Counted from the first letter of the stretch, positions 46,260-55,309 are shown. The stretch: 64,000 nt of DNA from an uncultured Candidatus Saccharibacteria bacterium (GCA_964541305.1 CAZIPE010000001.1:12138-76137), one strand, 5' to 3'. Translations and numbers: made by a program. The notes: generated by a model not told the origin, from the letters alone.

Positions 46260-47045
46260 TTATACGTTGCCAGTTATGCGTTTTACGATTGCTGTCGTTG
46301 AAAAGGTGCCCACAAGCTTATCGTGAAAATAGCTGTCGTTATCGATTCTAACTATCCTTGTTTCTTCAAGTCCTTGTTCTTCTGGTGCCAGAGATAATAT
46401 GTCATCAGACTCATGAAAAACTGACCATACATCTGGTTTCAGGTGTCTAGCAAGGGGTATCGTATCTTCGTGGTTGGTGCCCTTTAGTGAAACAGGATCA
46501 TGGATAGTGACTGCGTCTGCGATTGGCATAAATGTAGATTGGTTCGGTGTTTGATGCATGGCGGTTGCTACGCTTCGTGCTCGTGTTAACCACGAATATA
46601 TAGGTCGGGTGCTATTCCCTTTTTCAGGTTGGAAGCCCTTGCGTTTCATTACCCAATCATCCCCATCAACACTAACTACTAGCTTTAGTGTGCCACTACC
46701 GAGTACACGTTGTGCGGTTTCAATTTTCTCTTCTTCGCACATTGTATCCCACGCCGTTGGTCCGAACTCTTTCGTTACATGAAACGGGACTCCCTGTAGC
46801 TTAGTGTCCGCAAGATAACCCACGTGCGTAAGGTGCATTAGATCATAGCAACCACTAGTGAAAACAACTGTTTTATCATCAGACTTCCACTTACTGACTT
46901 GCTCGACTAGTAGCTCTGAAGAACCTTCTGTTGACAGAGGGTTAAACAGTCGATCGTCCCAAGGATTTCCAATTAGTTCCTGTATTTGAGGTACTGATGT
47001 GGTTTGATTATATACCCTGCCCTCTCTCACTCTTTCTTCACTCAT
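46260..47045 (-). CDS. Cytidylyltransferase-like nucleotidyltransferase
   Basis: FTSGCYDLMHLTHVGYL is a (H/T)xGH nucleotidyltransferase motif, as in RfaE domain II / TagD. Confidence 0.55.
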   Translation of the reverse strand: MSEERVREGRVYNQTTSVPQIQELIGNPWDDRLFNPLSTEGSSELLVEQVSKWKSDDKTVVFTSGCYDLMHLTHVGYLADTKLQGVPFHVTKEFGPTAWDTMCEEEKIETAQRVLGSGTLKLVVSVDGDDWVMKRKGFQPEKGNSTRPIYSWLTRARSVATAMHQTPNQSTFMPIADAVTIHDPVSLKGTNHEDTIPLARHLKPDVWSVFHESDDILSLAPEEQGLEETRIVRIDNDSYFHDKLVGTFSTTAIVKRITGNV

Positions 47046-47108
47046 GAATAGTATAGTATCACACTACCACTACGTGGACGCAAGTGGAAAGATAGAATCT
47101 GTTGTCAT

Positions 47109-48092
47109 CTAAACTTCGCTAGAAACGATTTTAACGCTTGGTCCCATAGTGGTTGTCATGGAAACACCCGTAATGTATCCACCCTTGATACTCGTTGGAC
47201 GAGCATCTTTGATACCCTTGAGTACTGCTTGTGTGTTTTCTGCTATCTGAACGGGTGTAAAGCTTACTTTCCCGACAGCTTGGTGAATGATTCCTTGTTT
47301 ATCAACACGGAACTCTACTTTACCGGCTTTAGCTTGCTTTACTGCATCTGCCACCTTAGTAGTAACAGTACCGCTCTTAGGGTTGGGCATTAAGCCTTTT
47401 GGCCCGAGTATTCGAGCGTATCTACCTAATTTTGCCATTAATTGAGGTGTTGCGATAAGTACATCAAAGTCGATGAGTTCTTTATCAAGCTGTTGCAAGA
47501 ACTCTTCCTCTCCAACAATATCTGCTCCAGCTTTTTTAGCAGCTTCGTGTTGATCTGCTGGTGCGAATACCGCCACCCGAAGTGTTTTACCTGTTCCGTG
47601 AGGCAGTACAACGGTTGCTCGGATGTTCTGGTCGGCCTGTCGTGGGTCAACATTAAGGTTGACATGGACTTCAATACTGGCGTCGAATTTAACGGTGCTC
47701 GTCTTGGGAAGTACTTCTGATGCCTCCTTGATACTGTATTCTTTTGAATTATCAAGAAGTTCGGCAGCTTTACGGTAACCTTTAGAGCGTCGTTCACTCT
47801 TCAAGCGAGTTTTTGGTGCAGGACCACGTTGAACTTCAGCAGATAGGTCTATCTCGCCCTTAGCTACTTGCTCCTTTCGTTCTTCTTTTTCAGCTAACTC
47901 TTCTGCTTCGTGTAGTGCTTTGGCGCTCCTTTTCCCAGCTTTAGCTACCTTTGTCGCATCTACTGATTCTGTTTTTTCTTCTACAGACGCTACAGTTGCG
48001 AGTGCTGCTTCAATTTCAGCAATGGTATTTTGATTAGATACGTCTAACTTTAGTTTCTTTGCTTGTTCTAATAGTTCTAACTTCTTTGCCAT
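47109..48092 (-). CDS. rplA: 50S ribosomal protein L1 with ~95-aa Lys/Glu/Ala-rich N-terminal extension
   Basis: Core VNLNVDPRQADQNIRATVVLPHGTGK...GPKGLMPNPKSGTV. No internal Met between residues 1 and 97. Confidence 0.9.
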   Translation of the reverse strand: MAKKLELLEQAKKLKLDVSNQNTIAEIEAALATVASVEEKTESVDATKVAKAGKRSAKALHEAEELAEKEERKEQVAKGEIDLSAEVQRGPAPKTRLKSERRSKGYRKAAELLDNSKEYSIKEASEVLPKTSTVKFDASIEVHVNLNVDPRQADQNIRATVVLPHGTGKTLRVAVFAPADQHEAAKKAGADIVGEEEFLQQLDKELIDFDVLIATPQLMAKLGRYARILGPKGLMPNPKSGTVTTKVADAVKQAKAGKVEFRVDKQGIIHQAVGKVSFTPVQIAENTQAVLKGIKDARPTSIKGGYITGVSMTTTMGPSVKIVSSEV

Positions 48093-48176
48093 GGTGGCTC
48101 CTTTTCTCCCTCCTTAGCTTTATGCGCAGGAAGGTCGTGGTTCAAACGGCTTTCGGCCTCCCACGTAGATTATTTG

Positions 48177-48413
48177 TTAACTTTCAACTTCTGGGTACTT
48201 GTTGTCTACAACAGCTTCTCGGTGTCTTACTTCAAGCGTTTGAACTTCGACTTCTGCCTTGTCGACAAATCTACGAAGACTCTCTACGCGAGGTCCGTGA
48301 GGGTGCTCAAGAGCAAGCTCGTTTGCCAGAACAACTGCTCCGTACTTAAAGCGTACATTCGGGTTGTTGAAGTATCCTTCAGGAACAAACAAGTCACGTG
48401 ATGTTTCAGACAT
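48177..48413 (-). CDS. Hypothetical 78-aa ORF between rplK and rplA
   Basis: Starts 3 nt after the rplK stop, with GAGAG 7 nt upstream. Occupies the usual L1-leader position. May be non-coding. Confidence 0.3.
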   Translation of the reverse strand: MSETSRDLFVPEGYFNNPNVRFKYGAVVLANELALEHPHGPRVESLRRFVDKAEVEVQTLEVRHREAVVDNKYPEVES

Positions 48414-48415
48414 GA

Positions 48416-48841
48416 TTAGCTCTCAATCTCCACACCCATTGAACGAGCGGTGCCTGCGATTACTTTTTTAGCTGCTTCAATATCGTTTGCGTTGAGGTAA
48501 CTCATCTTTTTCTCGGCAATTTCTGTCAGCTGAGCATCGGTGAGCTTACCCACTTTTTCTTTGTGAGGCACACCCGAGCCTTTTTTAATCCCGGCAGCTT
48601 TTCGTATTAAGTCGTCAGCAGGTTCGCCAATAACATCAAATTCGAAGGTACGATCATCAAAAATACGAAGATGTACAATAACATCACTTCCCATCATATC
48701 TTTCGTTTGTTCGTTAAACGGATTAATAAAATCCATCATATTAAGACCGTACTGACCAAGCGTCGAACCTACGGGAGGTCCAGCACTTGCTTTGCCAGCA
48801 GGAATACGAAGTTTTAAATTCGCAGTAATTTTCTTAGCCAT
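48416..48841 (-). CDS. rplK: 50S ribosomal protein L11
   Basis: IPAGKASAGPPVGSTLGQYGLNMMDF (L11 signature). Confidence 0.95.
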   Translation of the reverse strand: MAKKITANLKLRIPAGKASAGPPVGSTLGQYGLNMMDFINPFNEQTKDMMGSDVIVHLRIFDDRTFEFDVIGEPADDLIRKAAGIKKGSGVPHKEKVGKLTDAQLTEIAEKKMSYLNANDIEAAKKVIAGTARSMGVEIES

Positions 48842-48969
48842 AAAAACCTTTCAAGAAATACGTTTTTCCAATTTATAACAAAACAAATAGATTTCAATTT
48901 TCGAAGTTCACAATTTCGAAACAAGAAATGTAAGTGCGTAACAGATAGATTATAGCAAAATCATAGCTA

Positions 48970-49419
48970 TTAAACAATAGGTTTTCTAACGGTGCTAACC
49001 AGGGCAGATTGTGCTATTGCTACTTCACTCTCTTCGGGCGCTAGGGTTGACGCCCAGGCAATTGCTTCACCATCTAAATCGGAGGCAATGAGCTGTACCA
49101 GGACTCCAAAATCATCAGCAGCTCTTGCTGACATTACTTCCTCAAGTAGATCGTCTGGCTCATCCTCCCACAACGGGAATATGGTCGACCGATCATCCCA
49201 GGATACTACCGCTGCGACATCTACAGCTTCTCTTAGCAATGTGAAGAACTCACCCTGTATCCTATCAGCTTCGTCAGCTAATCGATCCGCTACTATTCTC
49301 GCTACAAGAGCACGTTTAATTGCTGTGCGTACCTCAGACGTAAATTCCGTCCCTTCTGGCATAAGGGTTACGCCGACAATTTCGTCGGCATCTGTACGGA
49401 GTATTCGCTCACCATCCAT
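48970..49419 (-). CDS. Hypothetical acidic protein inserted between nusG and rplK
   Basis: 149-aa ORF in operon orientation, starting 9 nt after the nusG stop. Locally higher GC. No motif. Confidence 0.35.
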   Translation of the reverse strand: MDGERILRTDADEIVGVTLMPEGTEFTSEVRTAIKRALVARIVADRLADEADRIQGEFFTLLREAVDVAAVVSWDDRSTIFPLWEDEPDDLLEEVMSARAADDFGVLVQLIASDLDGEAIAWASTLAPEESEVAIAQSALVSTVRKPIV

Positions 49420-49428
49420 CTGATGTTG

Positions 49429-49971
49429 CTACACCTTCTTAACTTGCAGGGCATCGAGTTCAACGGGGGTTTCACGACCGAACATGCTTACGAGTACTTT
49501 AAGCTTGCCTTTAGCGGCGTCAATTTCGTTGATAGCACCGTCGAAGCCTTTGAATGGGCCATCTATGATATTTACGACCTCACCAACACGGAAGTCAATT
49601 TTATGCTTAGGGTCTTCAGCACCCATCCGCTTCATAATTTTGCTCATCTCATCATCTTCAACCGGGCTAGGATCAGTTCCTGAGCCAACGAAACCGGTCA
49701 CATTCGGTGTGTTTCGAACAATATACCAGGCATCTTCGCTCATTTTCATTTGTACGAGTACGTAACCTTGAAAAATCTTCTTCTCTACTACTTTTCGCTT
49801 ACCATTTTTAATTTCAATCTGCTTTTCTTTCGGCACAACTACATCGTAGATTTTATCGGCCATATCAAGACTGTCAGCACGCTGTTTAATGCTTTCCGCT
49901 ACTTTCTCCTCATAACCTGAGTAGGTATGAATTGCGTACCACTGTTTACTTGAATCGTATCGTTTGCTCAT
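49429..49971 (-). CDS. nusG: Transcription termination/antitermination factor NusG
   Basis: NGN domain (WYAIHTYSGYEEKV) and KOW motif (FRVGEVVNIIDGPFKGFDGAI). Confidence 0.9.
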   Translation of the reverse strand: MSKRYDSSKQWYAIHTYSGYEEKVAESIKQRADSLDMADKIYDVVVPKEKQIEIKNGKRKVVEKKIFQGYVLVQMKMSEDAWYIVRNTPNVTGFVGSGTDPSPVEDDEMSKIMKRMGAEDPKHKIDFRVGEVVNIIDGPFKGFDGAINEIDAAKGKLKVLVSMFGRETPVELDALQVKKV

Positions 49972-49987
49972 CTTCTTATAACTCCGT

Positions 49988-50296
49988 TTACTTTAGAAAT
50001 ATCTGTTTAGCTAACTTTTCAAAACCAATGTCGATTGCGGCAGTGAACAAGGCAAATACGAGAGAGAAAGCAACAACAATAAACGTAAGTTTCCAGGCGG
50101 TTTTACGACTCGGCCACTGTACTTTCCGCACTTCACGCCATGAATTGATAAAGTATCCTCGAAACGGAGACCGTAGAATATACTTACGCAGAAACTTCCA
50201 TATTTTGGTTCTGCGAATTGGTGCAGTAACTTTTGCAAAAAAAGTCTTAATCTTTGCAAAAATGTTCTGGAAGGCTAATTTGATTCGTTTCTTCAT
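49988..50296 (-). CDS. secE: Preprotein translocase subunit SecE (long form)
   Basis: C-terminal REVRKVQWPSRKTAWKLTFIVVAFSLVF resembles the SecE TM signature. Position upstream of nusG. Confidence 0.7.
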   Translation of the reverse strand: MKKRIKLAFQNIFAKIKTFFAKVTAPIRRTKIWKFLRKYILRSPFRGYFINSWREVRKVQWPSRKTAWKLTFIVVAFSLVFALFTAAIDIGFEKLAKQIFLK

Positions 50297-50406
50297 TATT
50301 CCTCTATCTTGCAGTTCTTATTATAAAATTCTCTCAAATTAAAAAGAGCTTTATCAGCTCGTCAAGTCAATACTACCACATCGCAGTAATGAATTCAATA
50401 TGAGTA

Positions 50407-52053
50407 TCACTTCTTTTCCTTCTTGAGCGAAGGCACCGTAATAGTGAAGGTTGAACCCTTGTTAAGCTGGCTTTCTACTGTTATGACCGCTTTCAGTCGA
50501 TGCGCGAGCTTAGAAGTGACGTATAATCCGAGTCCTGTACCGCTTGATTCTCTCGTGCGGTAGTCTTCGCTACGGAAGAACTTTTCGAATATCTTTTTCT
50601 GATCTGATGTTGAAAGTCCAATACCAGTATCAGCTACTGAAAAGACGGCATTACCCTGAGGATCACTACGAACATGCACCATGATTGAGCCTTGTTTGGT
50701 GTATTTAATAGAATTAGTCACAAAGTTTTGTAAAATTTCACCAAGATATAGCTCAGATGTGTATATCTTTTTCAGGTGTGGCGCTGCGTGAACGATAAAC
50801 TTCAACTTTTTAACTTGTGCTTGCGGAGCGTAATCTCGAGCAATAGCATCAAGTACTTTTTGCGGATCAACATCGCCAAATTCAATGGGCTTATCAGTTC
50901 GCTCAGCACGCGAGAGGGTGGCAAGGTCATTTATCATGCTCGCAAGAAAGAGAATTTTATCGTGTGCCTGATTGAGTGATTCCATTGAGCTTTTTGGGGC
51001 GTGTTCTTTAGTGTTCATGAAGATAGCATTACTAATATTACCTTCAGCTATGGCAACAGGCGTACGGAGTTCATGACTTACTACACTAATAAATTCATCA
51101 CGCTCTTCTTCGAGCGATTTTTCACGCGTAATGTCTCTCATGATGAGAATGTAGCCACTTTGTGTTTTTTCTTTAAAACCAAGTCGAATAGGTGTGATAT
51201 TTAAGTATAGCGAAATAGCATCTTTCGCATTGAAATGGTGTTTGTAGGAGGTAGAACTCATACCATTGGGTGATTTCTTTAGTATTTTCAGTACATCAGC
51301 ATGCTTATGTTTTTGATCGTACAGATTGAGAATTTTGGTGATTGATTTACCCTCCAACGTCTCGTTAGTGTCCAGCAGCTCGAGTGTTGCACCGTTATAA
51401 AGAAGTACTTTGCCTTTTTCATCGGTGGCAATCACGCCATCACCCATGTTATTAATTAGCGAAAGCAAACGGTGTCGTTCGAACGATGTTTGCCGGGATG
51501 TCGAATCGAGAAGTTGACGCTCGCTATCTGACACTTGTCGATATTTTGATACTTGTAGTGCAACCAGCAGGGTGCCCGCTACATACGTCAGAGCAATAAC
51601 AATGTTTGAAGTGCTAACCTCAACACCCGATTGTATAAATATCGCGGTGTACACGACACCGTAATATGCCATGCTAATTTTCTGCCACCGTGCCCCAAAT
51701 AATACGTCGACAGCTACTAGCAGAACTATCCACAGAAATGCGAATGGTGATGGGTACGGTACTACGAAGACGGCAAGGAGCGTAAGTCCAATGTGATAGC
51801 CTACGTACATTATCGCAAGCCTGGTTTTTGATGGCTTTTTCCGCAGTAGTAACTGTAGAATTGCTGAGATGAGCACGATAGTAACTACGCCAGTATAGGC
51901 GTTTCGTGCGAACGTACCAGATTGAAAGAAGGTAGGATCTGCGAACCACAAAATTGATGCCAGCAGTGTACTCAGCGCCACGGGAATGAAAAGTCCGTGT
52001 AGCACATTTATATTCTGAATTCGCTGCTCAAATTTAGAGATTGCATTACCCAT
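50407..52053 (-). CDS. Membrane sensor histidine kinase with PAS domain
   Basis: Six N-terminal TMs, PAS-like region, H-box FISVVSHELRTP, and HATPase_c G2 box GTGLGLYVT. Confidence 0.85.
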   Translation of the reverse strand: MGNAISKFEQRIQNINVLHGLFIPVALSTLLASILWFADPTFFQSGTFARNAYTGVVTIVLISAILQLLLRKKPSKTRLAIMYVGYHIGLTLLAVFVVPYPSPFAFLWIVLLVAVDVLFGARWQKISMAYYGVVYTAIFIQSGVEVSTSNIVIALTYVAGTLLVALQVSKYRQVSDSERQLLDSTSRQTSFERHRLLSLINNMGDGVIATDEKGKVLLYNGATLELLDTNETLEGKSITKILNLYDQKHKHADVLKILKKSPNGMSSTSYKHHFNAKDAISLYLNITPIRLGFKEKTQSGYILIMRDITREKSLEEERDEFISVVSHELRTPVAIAEGNISNAIFMNTKEHAPKSSMESLNQAHDKILFLASMINDLATLSRAERTDKPIEFGDVDPQKVLDAIARDYAPQAQVKKLKFIVHAAPHLKKIYTSELYLGEILQNFVTNSIKYTKQGSIMVHVRSDPQGNAVFSVADTGIGLSTSDQKKIFEKFFRSEDYRTRESSGTGLGLYVTSKLAHRLKAVITVESQLNKGSTFTITVPSLKKEKK

Positions 52054-52092
52054 TCACTTAATTATGCCCTATTGGTGGCGGTAAGGTAAAGC

Positions 52093-52791
52093 TTATGCTT
52101 CAAGGTTCAGGTAGGGGCGGTGGGTTTTGAGTTCTTTTCTGAGTTGTTTGTAGTTTGGAATCATTGTTTCTAGTTCGAGCCAGAAGTCTGGTTGGTGGTG
52201 TTGGTGGTGCAGGTGTGTCAGTTCGTGAGAAATAACATAATCTATTAGTTCATCAGAAAGTTGCATAAGCCAAATATTCAGATTAATTATTCCGTTTGAT
52301 GAGCAACTTCCCCATCTTGTTTTGAGTGCTTTGCAACGAACATCCCTGTACGTGTAGCCACGTTCCTGTGCAATTTCATACATTCGACTTGGCAAATATG
52401 CTTCTGCCTGTCGTCGCATCGCCCGTGTACAAGCTTTTAGTGCTTCGGCTTGAACTTCGGTGGACTCAACAGCAAGAGGTGCGGGTACAGTAACCACTAT
52501 CGAATATTTCCCTACTCTGCTGGACAGTTTTTTACCACGCTTGAACTCTACGGTATGATTTTGTCCAATACGCGCACCGGCTTTAATAATCGTTTCAGGC
52601 GAGCGCTTGATGTGATCCATCAGCCACTGCTTGTTTTTTGTGGCGTATAGTCTACCGTAACCATAAGGTACGTGGCGTGGGATGGTGATGCGTGGGGTGC
52701 CATCATGACGAATTGAAAGTATTACGCGTTTCGCACGTGCAGATTTTTTAATTTCAATCTCACCCACTCCTTCGAGTGTGAAGCTGTGCAT
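52093..52791 (-). CDS. DUF45/YgjP-like HExxH metal-dependent hydrolase
   Basis: SHELTHLHHQHHQPDFW matches the YgjP/SprT-like motif. N-terminal RAKRVILSIRHDG. Start at MHSF; the ORF track extends to 52884. Confidence 0.65.
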   Translation of the reverse strand: MHSFTLEGVGEIEIKKSARAKRVILSIRHDGTPRITIPRHVPYGYGRLYATKNKQWLMDHIKRSPETIIKAGARIGQNHTVEFKRGKKLSSRVGKYSIVVTVPAPLAVESTEVQAEALKACTRAMRRQAEAYLPSRMYEIAQERGYTYRDVRCKALKTRWGSCSSNGIINLNIWLMQLSDELIDYVISHELTHLHHQHHQPDFWLELETMIPNYKQLRKELKTHRPYLNLEA

Positions 52792-52792
52792 G

Positions 52793-53479
52793 TTACTGAA
52801 TGACTCGTTTGCTCGAAAGCGGTCTCTGGGTGGCGCTGGCAGGAGGGGTCTCAAGAGAAAGTGCCGCGGTATACATGTCGGCAATTTTTCGAAGTACGGT
52901 CAGGTTCTGACCCTTGAAGGCGTTTTTTCCGCTTATAACAATCGATACTTCTTTTTCGGAAGGGCGTTGAAGTGAAGCTTGCAAACGTTGCATAGTTTTA
53001 CTATCAATATTGAAAGAATACTTGCTATCAAGGTTCCTTCTATCACGTTGACTCGCTCGATGCGCAGCCGTTCTGGCATCTGTTTGAACCCATACCGTGA
53101 GCGTGCGATACCCATTATTCCTAGCCAGAGTATACAGCGCTGTGCGGTGCGCCAGTGTTGAATAGCTACCGTCGCATACAATTGGTGACTTCGTCTTCAT
53201 GGCCTGCTCAAGACTGTAACGCAGTACGCTACCTATAATTTCTTGCTCGTCCGTATTGAATAACGGCTTTTCAAAGAGTTCATAGCGAAATCTATCTTCG
53301 CTGATACATGGCAAACTGTACAAATCTGCAAACTGACGCGCGAAGAAGGTCTTCCCTGCTCCCGGATACCCCATAGTGATGATTAAAAGCGGTGGTGTCA
53401 GCTGTAACTGCTTCATAAGTTCTGTAAACAATACTATAGCACGTTTCACCAAAGCCTGCGACGTCCTCTCAGATTGCAA
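52793..53479 (-). CDS. P-loop ATPase/kinase (zeta-toxin/AAA_33-like)
   Basis: Walker A GYPGAGKTF. About 170-aa kinase-like core. Stop lies 1 nt from the downstream start. Confidence 0.5.
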   Translation of the reverse strand: MQSERTSQALVKRAIVLFTELMKQLQLTPPLLIITMGYPGAGKTFFARQFADLYSLPCISEDRFRYELFEKPLFNTDEQEIIGSVLRYSLEQAMKTKSPIVCDGSYSTLAHRTALYTLARNNGYRTLTVWVQTDARTAAHRASQRDRRNLDSKYSFNIDSKTMQRLQASLQRPSEKEVSIVISGKNAFKGQNLTVLRKIADMYTAALSLETPPASATQRPLSSKRVIQ

Positions 53480-53536
53480 GGGTAGAATTTCAACCTACTA
53501 ACTGCTACAATTTCTGCGGTACATTAACTACATTAT

Positions 53537-53611
53537 AGGGGCATAGTACAACGGTTAGTATAAGGGTCTCCAAAACCCTAGATCGTGGTTCGATTCCACG
53601 TGCCCCTGCCA
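53537..53611 (+). tRNA. tRNA-Trp (anticodon CCA), CCA-encoded
   Basis: Hand-folded cloverleaf: acceptor AGGGGCA/TGCCCCT, D stem GTAC/GTAT, anticodon arm AGGGT-CTCCAAA-ACCCT, T arm CGTGG-TTCGATT-CCACG. On the opposite strand relative to secE. Confidence 0.8.
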
Positions 53612-53676
53612 AGCATAAGCACTATAAACAGAAAGAAGCTTCACAGTTTCTTTTTTATAATTGTTGCTTGAATTTT

Positions 53677-54081
53677 ATGTGTGATTTTGTCAGATTGATA
53701 CGTATGGGTAGTGAATATCGTGAAAAGATTATGAATGCAGATTTGTGCGAAAAGTGTCCAGCTAGACACGGAGAGGTGTTTACTGCAAAACTTCGTGGCT
53801 CTTCTTTTCGTGGGAGACTAATCAGAGACGGCGAAGAGTTTACAATTGATAATTGCATTATTGCCGTTAGAGATTTTCTTATTGCTAATGTACAGATAGC
53901 CAATATCGATATGGCGTCTGCTGAGCAAGATGCTGAGGTGCTCACAAGTATCTTCGAAACGAGTATAGATGGGTGTCAAGGTCCAGCAGAAGTCGCTACT
54001 GGACAAGGAATAGGTATGTTCTGCACACCAATCAATAAAGCTACTGACGACTTTATAGATGTAAACTACGACCAGCAGTAG
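53677..54081 (+). CDS. Hypothetical protein
   Basis: ORF downstream of tRNA-Trp, with TTATAAT upstream. No motif. Confidence 0.3.
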   Translation: MCDFVRLIRMGSEYREKIMNADLCEKCPARHGEVFTAKLRGSSFRGRLIRDGEEFTIDNCIIAVRDFLIANVQIANIDMASAEQDAEVLTSIFETSIDGCQGPAEVATGQGIGMFCTPINKATDDFIDVNYDQQ

Positions 54082-54381
54082 CTATTATTAAAGTTCTAAC
54101 CTGACCAATTATTCCCTGCCAAACTAAAGAATAGCTTGATCGATTATTAAAAGAAGAGACGCATTACGCGTCCCTTCTAACTAGGGAAGGCTTGCACCCA
54201 CAGATGTGATCTACTAACTAACAAACTATCTACCGTAACTTACTAACTCGAATGATCACATATACTGAGAACAAAGTGCTGTATCACTTGGTCTTCCGTG
54301 TAATAATATATCAAAGGTAAAAAGCAACGTCAACAAATATTTGTAGTATTATTTATAACAAAAAAAGGATGCTAAAATTTA

Positions 54382-54585
54382 CTAGTGTTTCTTAGGTTTA
54401 ACTTCGTTACGTCCAAGATTCTTCTTTGTTTCAGTAAAAACTTCAGTGCGCTTTAGTCGAGGATTGTATTTCTTAAGACTTAATTTATCAGGAGTATTCA
54501 TGGTGTTCTTTCGCGTATAATACAAGCGATCACCACTTTCTTCACCAACCATACCAACAATTACTCGTTTAGTGTTCTTTGCCAT
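54382..54585 (-). CDS. rpmG: 50S ribosomal protein L33 (Cys-less form, C-terminal extension)
   Basis: MAKNTKRVIVGMV...LYYTRKNTMNTPDKLSLKKYNPRLKR matches L33 (YxTxKNxRNxPxxLELKKYxP). Confidence 0.65.
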   Translation of the reverse strand: MAKNTKRVIVGMVGEESGDRLYYTRKNTMNTPDKLSLKKYNPRLKRTEVFTETKKNLGRNEVKPKKH

Positions 54586-54587
54586 TA

Positions 54588-54863
54588 CTATATGTTATCA
54601 GATGAAGCGCTATCTCGCAACACTTCAACAGGAAGCTCTTCAGCACATTGGTTCTTTAAAACAATATTTCCAATACATCCAACAGCAACGACTGCAAATC
54701 CCTTGAGCCCTTCTGCTTGAGAACCGTTAGTCATTAATTCAGCGCCTATAGCTGTTACTCCCAACGCGGTAGTTGTATCAGCTAAAACTTTTAGAGGTAG
54801 TACCTTTTCATATCTGTTGACATATCTACTAAGTGATTTAATCATGAACACACTATAACACAC
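54588..54863 (-). CDS. Hypothetical protein upstream of rpmG
   Basis: 91-aa ORF abutting the rpmG start. No motif. Confidence 0.3.
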   Translation of the reverse strand: MCYSVFMIKSLSRYVNRYEKVLPLKVLADTTTALGVTAIGAELMTNGSQAEGLKGFAVVAVGCIGNIVLKNQCAEELPVEVLRDSASSDNI

Positions 54864-54874
54864 TTACACTAATA

Positions 54875-55309
54875 GTGTCAATAGTTATGGATTCGTCGTC
54901 GAGATTTGAACTCGAACCCCTTCCTGACAATGGCAGTACTCAAGCTATATATCAATACATCAGACCGATGTTTCCATATATGTTACTACGAACTATGTAT
55001 TGTAAGGCTCAAGTTCTAACTTGCAGAAATATATGTCGTAAAACAATGTTGTATACTATCGCTATGATTAACCCTGAGGAAGCGGAGCACTTACGAGAGT
55101 ACAGAGTTCGACCAGATACAATATTGGAGCGTGTACTCGACTCTATAACACCCCCGCTACTGGGATTGGTAGGTGCTGTGGCCTTAGACTTTATACTTGA
55201 CTCACCGTTTGATACTGGCAGTGCTGCTATCTTGGGCGGTACAGCAGGATTTATACACCTTTTTCAAAGAAAAGATTACGAGATAGTAGATAGCCCACCG
55301 AAGCAATAA
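54875..55309 (+). CDS. Doubtful hypothetical ORF
   Basis: 144-aa ORF that begins inside the tRNA fragment and ends inside the 25-bp direct repeat. Possibly non-coding. Confidence 0.2.
   Translation: MSIVMDSSSRFELEPLPDNGSTQAIYQYIRPMFPYMLLRTMYCKAQVLTCRNICRKTMLYTIAMINPEEAEHLREYRVRPDTILERVLDSITPPLLGLVGAVALDFILDSPFDTGSAAILGGTAGFIHLFQRKDYEIVDSPPKQ
54888..54947 (-). pseudogene. Degenerate tRNA-Thr 3'-half copy (att-like remnant)
   Basis: The minus-strand sequence GGAAGGGGTTCGAGTTCAAATCTCGACGACGAATCCA matches 35 of 38 positions of the 3' end of the tRNA-Thr(GGT) at 56126-56200. The 5' half is diverged. Confidence 0.5.

Noticed and set aside
48992-49423. Plus-strand 143-aa ORF opposite the nusG-rplK insert
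   Set aside because: The product is Ser/Thr/Ala low-complexity, and its orientation runs against the operon. The minus-strand frame is the more plausible gene.
49932-50342. ORFs 49932..50342(+) and 50011..50259(-) overlapping secE
   Set aside because: They are alternative frames of the secE region. The secE frame has the characteristic C-terminal TM and the syntenic position upstream of nusG.
54100-54180. Hairpin GACGCG-TAAT-GCGTC followed by T-rich tract on minus strand, possible rpmG terminator
   Set aside because: The stem is short (5-6 bp), the U-tract is interrupted (TCTTCTTTT), and it lies ~200 nt from the rpmG stop. Too weak to call.
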